From assembly GCA_049974095.1 (NCBI GenBank), contig JBMFJD010000001.1, positions 60,001 to 92,000 of the forward strand: DNA of 32,000 bases. The letters run 5' to 3'. The notes beneath the pieces are model-generated. The model was not told the DNA's origin and searched no databases. It saw only the letters and a list, made by a program, of their open reading frames with translations. Shown one piece after another: positions 9,571 through 16,390 of this stretch. Made by a program: the position numbers and the translations under genes. The first letter of the stretch is position 1, and each line of letters starts with the position of its first letter. This DNA comes from Nanopusillaceae archaeon (GTDB lineage Archaea > Nanobdellota > Nanobdellia > Nanobdellales > Nanobdellaceae).

Positions 9571-10010
9571 GATCTGATTTAGGATCAATAGTTGGGCTAA
9601 TAATTAGTTTTGTAGTATTTTTTATTTCAATAACAATTTTATATTTAATTTTGAATAATACATTTAAAGGATACTATTCTGCATATACCATTACAAGAGA
9701 AATAAAAAATATTGTTGGAGAAAACATAGAATTTCTAAATAATCAAACAAATTATTCTTCTCCATATTTAATTATTTATAATAATGGAAATAAAGCATTG
9801 GATTTATCTTGTTTTCAATTATATACAAATGGCTATTTTACTCCATTTAATTACTCTATAAATTATCTATATCCATCGAATTTATTATTATCTGGAGAAA
9901 ATGCAACAATTTATTTTTCAAATCAATATTTAGTAAATAATTCATGGAATTATATTATATTGGTTTCATGCTATGGGGTAAAATTTCAAACTTTAATATT
10001 TTCAAATTAG
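9567..10010 (+). CDS. Small surface-filament-type protein, second FlaF/FlaG- or pilin-like paralog
   Basis: I chose the ATG at 9567 (MRSDLGSIVGLIISFVVFFISITILYLIL...) because it forms an ATGA overlap with the upstream stop. The track's start at 9555 is in the same frame. The same 'xIIYNNGNKALDL..F.L.TNG' strand pattern appears as in the upstream gene. Confidence 0.45.
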   Translation: MRSDLGSIVGLIISFVVFFISITILYLILNNTFKGYYSAYTITREIKNIVGENIEFLNNQTNYSSPYLIIYNNGNKALDLSCFQLYTNGYFTPFNYSINYLYPSNLLLSGENATIYFSNQYLVNNSWNYIILVSCYGVKFQTLIFSN

Positions 10011-10020
10011 TTAATATATT

Positions 10021-12177
10021 ATGAAATTACAAAGTGAAGCATATGTAGCACTATTATTTGTAATTTCTGCTGGTATTATTACTATATTATTATATAATAT
10101 TTTATTTCCTCATATTTCAAATATAAATCCAACTGGACAGGCAATTACAGAATCTTTAAAAATTAACTTCCAACTTCTAGATTATTTTATACAAAATAAT
10201 ACATTATATGCATATGTAAAACCATCAGAACCTGTAAATGCTTCACAAGTATTTGCAATTATAAATAATGAACTAGTTCCTGTTTATTCAATTAATTCTA
10301 ATAGTTCTATAGTTAATCCATATAATAATGGATTATTATTAATTGTTGCAAATTTATCTCAAATACCTGTAGATCAAAACGGAAATTATCAAATAGTGGT
10401 AGGATTAGAAAATGATATTGTTGGTGTTTTTACCATACATTATATGTCTAATGCATTAAGAAATTTCTTTCATCCAATTATTCAATATAATGTTTCTGCT
10501 TTCTCTTCTTCTTCAAGCTTTAAATGTTCACTTTCTCCACCTTATTATTGTATTTATCTGTATAATACTCAAAATATTTCTACTCCTGTACCTTTCCAAC
10601 AAGATATCGAAATATGTAATACAACATCGCTCTATCTTACAAATCAAAATGCAACATATAATCTCATAGGATATAATTATACCATTGGAAGTGTAAGTTC
10701 TAGTGGAAAGGGTAAAAAAACATATTATTCAAATGCAATAATTACTTTACCAAATTCCAATATATATTTATGCTTAGGCGCTGGAAATGTATCCTTTTCC
10801 ATATCTTATAATTCACAAGAAAATGCATCTGGATATGCTATAATTGGATACTCTAATACCAATAATTGTTCAGCTTCTTATTCTGGTTCTTCTGTACCAG
10901 ATGTCGTTGTGGGAGGGTATTCTATAAATACTACAGATTATAGTTTCCTGAATAGTGCATATTATTTTGAAGGTACAACATTTAATAATATAAAAAGTTT
11001 TTCTTATAATTACACTGTATATAATATCTCAAATGTTACAATATCAATTGCTTGTGGATTAAGCAAATGTAATTCAATTAATATACCAGCTGGATGTAAT
11101 GTAATACTTTATAATACAACAGCGGATAATTCAACAACAATTTTTGTAGCTAATTGTTACAATCAATTACCAGGAAATTATAATATAAATGGAACATTAT
11201 TAACCAACGGATATGTTGCACTTGGAGTTTATTTATTTAGTCCAAATATATCTATATATTATTTAATAAATCTAAATGGTCAAAATGTTTATTTCTTTAC
11301 AAATTCTTCTAATCCTCAAAATTCTTTATTATATTCTTGGTATGAAGGACAATTAAATAATGATGGAGTAACTTGTGATGTATGGTGGGTAAATATTTCT
11401 CAAGGAATTCCTGCAAATAATTATACAACAATTTATATGAATATCAATTCTACAAATACTAATTATTATCGATTGTATTATCCATATGTAGGAGCAAATC
11501 CATATGTAATTCAAGGATATGACAATGGACAAAATGTATTCTTAATATATAATAATGGAAGTCAAACATTCCAATATACACGAATTGGAACGGGAGGATC
11601 TATCAGTACTACATCTACTGGTCCTTCTCCTTATAATTATGATATAGTAATGTCGGTAAATGGTGGAGGTGCTAGTGCAACCACATGGACAACAACATGG
11701 ACAAATTCTACACAATTACCTTCTTCATATATTGCACAAATGTTAGTATATATAACAGGATCTTCTCCTTTAATTGATATGTTAACAAATATACAGAATT
11801 ATCCAAATGGAGCTTTTTATGTATTTAGATTTGATGCTAGAGGTACATACTATGATGGAATAGGATACTATCCAGCAGGAGGAACAGGAACACAATTTTT
11901 AAATTATACTAGTATAACATCTTCAACAAATACGTGGTATCAAATGACTGTAATAGATAATAATGGATATTTATATTTATATAAATCTACTTCTTTTAAT
12001 TTGGGAAATTATGGTAATTTAGAAGCTTCTTATAATACTCAAGGAACATCTTATTATCTATCTGGAAGAGGTTTTGGTATAACTACAGATGGTGCAACCT
12101 CTACAGATTATTATACTTTAATATTAGTTAGAGCATATCCACCAAATGGAGTTATGCCACAGGTATATATAAGTTAA
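10021..12177 (+). CDS. Large secreted Asn/Cys-rich glycoprotein candidate: FlaG/pilin-like N-terminal helix, Cys-rich insertion, and DUF2341/LamG-like C-terminal region (putative adhesin)
   Basis: N-terminus MKLQSEAYVALLFVISAGIITILLYNILF. I count about 27 N-x-S/T sequons by hand. There is a Cys-containing middle segment (CLGAGN, NNCSASY, IACGLSKCNSINIPAGCNV, VANCYNQ). The C-terminal part contains LLYSWYEGQLNNDGVTCDVWWVNIS...TTIYMNINS and a LamG-like WYQMTVIDNNGYLYLYKS. It lies 10 nt downstream of the preceding gene. Confidence 0.6.
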   Translation: MKLQSEAYVALLFVISAGIITILLYNILFPHISNINPTGQAITESLKINFQLLDYFIQNNTLYAYVKPSEPVNASQVFAIINNELVPVYSINSNSSIVNPYNNGLLLIVANLSQIPVDQNGNYQIVVGLENDIVGVFTIHYMSNALRNFFHPIIQYNVSAFSSSSSFKCSLSPPYYCIYLYNTQNISTPVPFQQDIEICNTTSLYLTNQNATYNLIGYNYTIGSVSSSGKGKKTYYSNAIITLPNSNIYLCLGAGNVSFSISYNSQENASGYAIIGYSNTNNCSASYSGSSVPDVVVGGYSINTTDYSFLNSAYYFEGTTFNNIKSFSYNYTVYNISNVTISIACGLSKCNSINIPAGCNVILYNTTADNSTTIFVANCYNQLPGNYNINGTLLTNGYVALGVYLFSPNISIYYLINLNGQNVYFFTNSSNPQNSLLYSWYEGQLNNDGVTCDVWWVNISQGIPANNYTTIYMNINSTNTNYYRLYYPYVGANPYVIQGYDNGQNVFLIYNNGSQTFQYTRIGTGGSISTTSTGPSPYNYDIVMSVNGGGASATTWTTTWTNSTQLPSSYIAQMLVYITGSSPLIDMLTNIQNYPNGAFYVFRFDARGTYYDGIGYYPAGGTGTQFLNYTSITSSTNTWYQMTVIDNNGYLYLYKSTSFNLGNYGNLEASYNTQGTSYYLSGRGFGITTDGATSTDYYTLILVRAYPPNGVMPQVYIS

Positions 12178-12205
12178 TTAAGTTAAAGAACAAAATATTT
12201 AAGAT

Positions 12206-12278
<73 letters not shown>

Positions 12279-13220
12279 CTAATGGGTTTCCCATCCAACA
12301 GATTCTTCAAATCCTAATAATTTTTTAATATAAAATTCTAATAGATTTTTTTCTTTATTTGTTATTTTGCATTCATTATGTGCTAATTTTAAATATCTTG
12401 GATATGATTGATAAAAATATATGTTTTCTTTTATTATTTCTAAAAATTTTTCTCTTCCAATTTTTTCCAATCCTTCTATTCTATATATATGATCATTATA
12501 TCTTGCCCTAAAATACATTATTAATATTTTTTTATTGAATATTTTATTTAATATTTCATCTGGAACTTTTCCTTTAAAGAAATAATCTAATTCTTTTTCC
12601 ATTATATCTGTATAGAATATCTCATTTGGAAATGCTCTCATTAAAATTATCATATCCGATTTTCCTTTCCTTATTATATCTAAATTTAATATTCTTTTTG
12701 CAACTGCTAATAAATTTCCATTGTTAATTAAATATTCAAAATTCTCTAGGAATTCCTTTTTTCTATCTTCAATTCTTTCATCATCAAATTTTTCTAAAAA
12801 TTTAGAATACAATATTCCATCAGAAATTATTGATCCATCTATAAAAATATATCTATCACTATATTTTCTTGCCAATTTATATTCTAAATTTTTAGAAAAT
12901 AGAGAAGAAATATCTGATATATCAAAATTTCCTCCACTTTCAGATCTTAAAAAAGTATTCTCAAAAAATTCTATATCTTCTATTACATCATATAGATCTT
13001 CAGAAATAATTACTGCTCTAGAATATACATATGTATAAGGCCCAATTATTCCATTTATATATGAAGAATCTATAAATCCATATTTTTTATCTTTTTTTAA
13101 TTCTATATTATCCAGATTTATTGTTTTTATACTTTCTTTTTCTATCTTAAAATTTAAATTTATTTCTTTTATTTTATTTATTTTTTCATTTATTTTTTTT
13201 AATAGCTCTTCTTTTATCAT
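12279..13220 (-). CDS. NurA-domain-like nuclease candidate (314 aa after trimming the start)
   Basis: I trimmed the start to the ATG at 13218-13220 (MIKEELLKK...). The track's first 58 codons are antisense to tRNA-Ser and the GC-rich element. Two DxS-type motifs (YGFIDSSY and YIFIDGSIISDG) and a C-terminal YPRYLKLAHNECKI resemble NurA-domain motifs. Confidence 0.5.
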   Translation of the reverse strand: MIKEELLKKINEKINKIKEINLNFKIEKESIKTINLDNIELKKDKKYGFIDSSYINGIIGPYTYVYSRAVIISEDLYDVIEDIEFFENTFLRSESGGNFDISDISSLFSKNLEYKLARKYSDRYIFIDGSIISDGILYSKFLEKFDDERIEDRKKEFLENFEYLINNGNLLAVAKRILNLDIIRKGKSDMIILMRAFPNEIFYTDIMEKELDYFFKGKVPDEILNKIFNKKILIMYFRARYNDHIYRIEGLEKIGREKFLEIIKENIYFYQSYPRYLKLAHNECKITNKEKNLLEFYIKKLLGFEESVGWETH

Positions 13221-13255
13221 AATTATTTTATAATTTAAAGATATATAATATATAT

Positions 13256-13317
13256 CCCCGCTTAGACGAACCAATGTGAGAATATGATCATTGGTAACGA
13301 TGGGCCGGGGGACAACA
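13256..13317 (+). ncRNA. GC-rich structured RNA candidate with single-hairpin H/ACA-guide-like architecture, directly upstream of tRNA-Ser
   Basis: Lower stem CCCCG (13256-13260) / CGGGG (13306-13310). Internal loop strands CTTAGACGA and AACGATGGGC. Upper stem ACCAATG (13270-13276) / CATTGGT (13289-13295). The 12-nt apical loop TGAGAATATGAT has GA at both ends (K-loop-like). ACAACA follows the stem at 13312-13317. A TTTATA box lies at 13227-13232, 29 nt upstream of 13256. The region is about 50% GC in a ~25% GC genome. Confidence 0.35.
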
Positions 13318-13318
13318 T

Positions 13319-13402
13319 GCCGCGGTGCCCGAGTGGACCAAGGGGTCTGGCTGGAGACCAGATCCCCGAAAGGGGGCGTGGGTTCAAATCCCACCCGCGG
13401 CG
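13319..13402 (+). tRNA. tRNA-Ser (anticodon GGA), class II with long variable arm, no intron, no encoded CCA
   Basis: Acceptor GCCGCGG/CCGCGGC with discriminator G. Anticodon stem TCTGG/CCAGA with loop CTGGAGA. Variable arm tCCCCgaaaGGGGgc. T-arm GTGGG-TTCAAAT-CCCAC. Confidence 0.9.
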
Positions 13403-13438
13403 TTTAATTTAAATAAATATTTATTTTAATTATTACCT

Positions 13439-14041
13439 ATGGCTCATGGTCCTACATATATAGTAAAATATAGAAGAAGAAGGGAAAATAAAACAGATTA
13501 TAGAAAAAGGTTAAAATTATTAAAATCTGGAAAATTAATATTAGTAGTAAGAAGATTTCTAAATAATATACAAGCTCAAATAATTGAATATAATGAAAAG
13601 GGAGATAAAACATTAATTAATGTTCATTCAAAAATATTAGAGAAAAAGTATGGATGGAAAGGACATAGAGGAAATTTACCTACAGCATATTTGGTAGGAT
13701 TGTTAATTGGATTAGAAGCAAAAAAAAGAGGAATAAATGAAGTAATATTGGATATTGGAAGATATAGATCTACAAAGGGAAATTCTCTATATGCTGTGTT
13801 AAAAGGAGCATTAGATGCTGGATTGAATATTCCATATAATGAAGAAATATTACCATCTGAAGAAAGAATAAGGGGAGAGCACATTAAAAACTATGCATTA
13901 TTATTAAAAGAAAAGGATCCTGAAAGATATAAAAGACAATTCTCAAAATATTTAGAAAGAGGATTGGAACCTGAAAAAATTGTAGAACATTTTGAAGAAG
14001 TTAAAAGCAAAATATTAAAGGAATATGGATTGGAAAGATAA
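13439..14041 (+). CDS. rpl18: 50S ribosomal protein uL18 (L18P/L5e)
   Basis: [31 protein letters not shown]...[12 protein letters not shown]...[51 protein letters not shown] is the typical archaeal L18 pattern. Confidence 0.9.
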   Translation: MAHGPTYIVKYRRRRENKTDYRKRLKLLKSGKLILVVRRFLNNIQAQIIEYNEKGDKTLINVHSKILEKKYGWKGHRGNLPTAYLVGLLIGLEAKKRGINEVILDIGRYRSTKGNSLYAVLKGALDAGLNIPYNEEILPSEERIRGEHIKNYALLLKEKDPERYKRQFSKYLERGLEPEKIVEHFEEVKSKILKEYGLER

Positions 14042-14270
14042 TCTAGATCCAGTATTTAAAGATTTTTTAAAATCCTTAATTGAAGAAACAAAAAAATATA
14101 AAGATATATATATGAAAACTGATGATCCTGGAAGAGTGCAAATATGGATTGCTCTAGGATTAATTTATAGAAAGTTATTATATTTAGAATCAAAAATATC
14201 AGAAATTGAATCTTTATTAAATAATAAAGATATTAAAGAAAAATTAGAAGAATATTTAAAGAAACTTTAA
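14025..14270 (+). CDS. Hypothetical small helical protein (81 aa)
   Basis: ATG-initiated ORF. It overlaps the uL18 3' end by 17 nt and the convergent uS8 3' end by 4 nt. I recognise no family. Its charged, helical composition is not obviously antisense noise. Confidence 0.3.
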   Translation: MDWKDNLDPVFKDFLKSLIEETKKYKDIYMKTDDPGRVQIWIALGLIYRKLLYLESKISEIESLLNNKDIKEKLEEYLKKL

Positions 14271-14641
14271 TAAACTACTGCAACTAAAACACCACCTATT
14301 TTTTCCTTTTTACATTCTTCATTTGTTTTCATTCCTTTATTTGTAGATACTAATAATATTCCAAAACCTCTAGCAGGTAAATATCTTTTTTCATATTTTT
14401 CTAATTCTCTATAGGATATAGGAAACCTTGGTTTTATTACTTTACTGAAATTAAATGTTTCAGAAAATTTTACAATTATCTTTTTATCTTTTATTTCATA
14501 ACTCTCTACATATTTATATTCTTTCAATTTTTCCAACATATCTATTAATAATTTATTATAATAGTTAAATTCTACTTCTTTTTTTCCAATATTTATACAA
14601 TTTGTAGCATGAGAAAAGAAATCATTAATTATATCTACCAT
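14267..14641 (-). CDS. rps8: 30S ribosomal protein uS8
   Basis: N-terminal ...DFFSHATNCINIGKKEV and the C-terminal block [38 protein letters not shown] fit uS8. Its start overlaps the uS14 stop by 1 nt (TAATG). Confidence 0.85.
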   Translation of the reverse strand: MVDIINDFFSHATNCINIGKKEVEFNYYNKLLIDMLEKLKEYKYVESYEIKDKKIIVKFSETFNFSKVIKPRFPISYRELEKYEKRYLPARGFGILLVSTNKGMKTNEECKKEKIGGVLVAVVY

Positions 14642-15003
14642 TATTCTCCTAATACTCTAAAGTCCATTGTTTTTGCCAGTTCCCTAAAACATCTTCCACA
14701 TAAATATATTCCATATCTTCTTATAACTCTGTCATGAGAACCACAAACCATACATCTTATTGCACCCTTTCCATATTTTCTTTCCTTATTTTTTATTCCA
14801 AATTCTTCTAAAACTTCAATTATGTCTTTTCCTTCATTTATTGCTTTATCTATCAATTCTTGTATATTTTTTATCTTTCCTTCCTTTATTAATCTATTTA
14901 TTTCTTCTTTTATATATTTGGGAGCATTGTTTTTTATTATCTTTGCTAAAGTACCTGGTTTGTTTTTCTGTAATTCTACTAAATATGACCAGCTATTTAG
15001 CAT
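14641..15003 (-). CDS. rps14: 30S ribosomal protein uS14 (zinc-ribbon type) with an unusually long N-terminal extension
   Basis: The C-terminal ~55 aa (KERKYGKGAIRCMVCGSHDRVIRRYGIYLCGRCFRELAKTMDFRVLGE) form the canonical archaeal S14 core with CxxC...CxxC. The annotated ATG gives about 65 extra N-terminal residues. The only in-frame alternative start I found is a TTG at 14854-14856. Confidence 0.8.
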   Translation of the reverse strand: MLNSWSYLVELQKNKPGTLAKIIKNNAPKYIKEEINRLIKEGKIKNIQELIDKAINEGKDIIEVLEEFGIKNKERKYGKGAIRCMVCGSHDRVIRRYGIYLCGRCFRELAKTMDFRVLGE

Positions 15004-15056
15004 TTAATATATTATTTTAGTAAGATTTATAAGGAAAAGTAAGAATAAAATTTATA

Positions 15057-16064
15057 TTGAAAGCCTTAATTGCTGGAATTGATCCAGGTACAAATACAGG
15101 AATAGTTGTAATTGATGAGGATGGAAATATTATAGACAAATTTAGTGGGAAAAATATTTCTAATGAAGAAATAATAAGATATATTAGCGATTTAAATAAC
15201 GTTGTATTAATAGCAACGGATAAAAGAGAAATACCAAAAGGTATTTTAGAAATATCTTCAAAGTTAAATATAGGGGTCTATTATCCAAAAAAAGATATTG
15301 ATCTAGAAACAAAGAATAAGTATTATACAAATAATAAATTAAAGGATATATTTGAAAATAATCATGAATTTGATGCATATATTTCTGCATTTGAAGCATT
15401 AAAAAAAGTTAAAGATATTATAGAAAAAGCTAGAAAAGTATCTAAAGATGAAAATGAATATATAAGGATATTAAAGATAATATTTAAAAATAGAAAAATA
15501 GAACCTGTTAGCGCAAAAAATAATTTAGAAAAAGAAAGCAAAATAGAAAATAATAAAAATAAAAAGAGAAAAAATATAAAAAGAAAAAGAAATATTGAGA
15601 ATATAAGAATAATAATTGAGAAAAAGATAGAAAAAGAAGAAAATAAAATTAAAGAATTGAATGAAAAATATATAGGATTATTGAATGATTATAATAAAAT
15701 TTCTATTTTACTTTTAAATAAATTAAATGAAAAGGATACTATAATTCCAAAAGCTTCTTTTTTATATTCCAATAAATTGTATTATAAAAAGATTTTCCTT
15801 GATAAAGTAGATGAGGAATATATAAGATATTTTATTAATAAAAACACAGAATTCTTTATTTTAGAAAAAGATAAAGATAAAGTAAAAGAATTTTTAAAGG
15901 AATATTATATAGTAACAGATTTTATTGATATAAAGAATTTTATTGTTGTAAATAATTATAAAAAATGGATAAATGAAGAAAATAAAGAAGAAGATTTAAC
16001 AGTTGAAAAATTGAAAAAAATTTTAAAAGAATATAGGACACACCTAGGTCAATTTAGAAAATAA
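15057..16064 (+). CDS. DUF460/COG2433-like protein (predicted RNase H-fold, RuvC/YqgF-like nuclease domain plus coiled coil)
   Basis: It starts at a TTG. The N-terminus (M)KALIAGIDPGTNTGIVVIDEDGNII...LIATDK...EFDAYISAFEALKK fits the RNase H-like GIDPG...D motif order. The middle is Lys/Glu/Asn-rich coiled coil. No ATG is available upstream of the conserved GIDPG. Confidence 0.5.
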   Translation: MKALIAGIDPGTNTGIVVIDEDGNIIDKFSGKNISNEEIIRYISDLNNVVLIATDKREIPKGILEISSKLNIGVYYPKKDIDLETKNKYYTNNKLKDIFENNHEFDAYISAFEALKKVKDIIEKARKVSKDENEYIRILKIIFKNRKIEPVSAKNNLEKESKIENNKNKKRKNIKRKRNIENIRIIIEKKIEKEENKIKELNEKYIGLLNDYNKISILLLNKLNEKDTIIPKASFLYSNKLYYKKIFLDKVDEEYIRYFINKNTEFFILEKDKDKVKEFLKEYYIVTDFIDIKNFIVVNNYKKWINEENKEEDLTVEKLKKILKEYRTHLGQFRK

Positions 16065-16390
16065 ACGATATAGAGATATAAGAAAATAATATTAGTACTA
16101 GTTAGTAGTAATATAATAATGGACAAATATAAAGAAAATATTTTTTCCTCTTTGAAATGGGGGTCTAGAAAAACTTATAAATAGTATTTATAAGATTTTT
16201 GATTATCAATATTTTTAAACATAAAGAAAATAAATTAATAAATAAAGAAAAATTATGTATAGAGAAAAATTAAGGGAAATTATTTAGTTTTTGGAATTTT
16301 TATCTTTAATTATATTAAAAAAAGGATTTTTATTTATTTTTAAATAAGAAGAAAAGTATACTTTAAAAAACTTTTATAGAAAAATATCTT
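16065..16390. other. Candidate chromosomal replication origin (oriC) region upstream of cdc6/orc1
   Basis: This is the longest non-coding stretch in the window (326 bp), immediately 5' of cdc6 followed by the PolD small subunit. It contains an ORB-like element TTCCTCTTTGAAATGGGGGTC (16145-16165) with the only G-string in the region. It has a perfect 21-bp palindrome CTTATAAATAgTATTTATAAG (16174-16194). It has three copies of ATAAAGAAAA(T/A)(A/T) at 16129-16140, 16221-16232 and 16242-16253. The flanks are extremely AT-rich. Confidence 0.45.

Noticed and set aside
13256-13317. C/D-box sRNA interpretation of the GC-rich element
   Set aside because: Neither strand has a proper C box (RUGAUGA) near one end paired with a D box (CUGA) near the other. 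Only imperfect ATGATCA/GTGAG fragments sit in the hairpin loop. The stem / internal loop / stem / ACA layout fits H/ACA better.
13256-13317. Split-tRNA half gene (as in Nanoarchaeum equitans)
   Set aside because: The element contains no D-arm, anticodon-arm or T-arm (GTTCRAATC) sequence. The adjacent tRNA-Ser is already complete and contiguous.
13221-13394. The N-terminal 58 codons of the 371-aa track ORF (MGFEPTPPFGDLVSSQTPWSTRAPRHVVPRPIV...)
   Set aside because: This stretch is the reverse complement of tRNA-Ser and the GC-rich hairpin element. Its Pro/Gly/Arg-rich composition is unlike every real protein here. An internal ATG at 13218-13220 starts the typical K/I/E-rich protein.
16119-16184. 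A 21-codon ORF (MDKYKENIFSSLKWGSRKTYK) inside the cdc6 upstream region
   Set aside because: It is too short and overlaps the ORB-like element and the palindrome. It has no supporting signal and is most likely a chance ORF in non-coding DNA.
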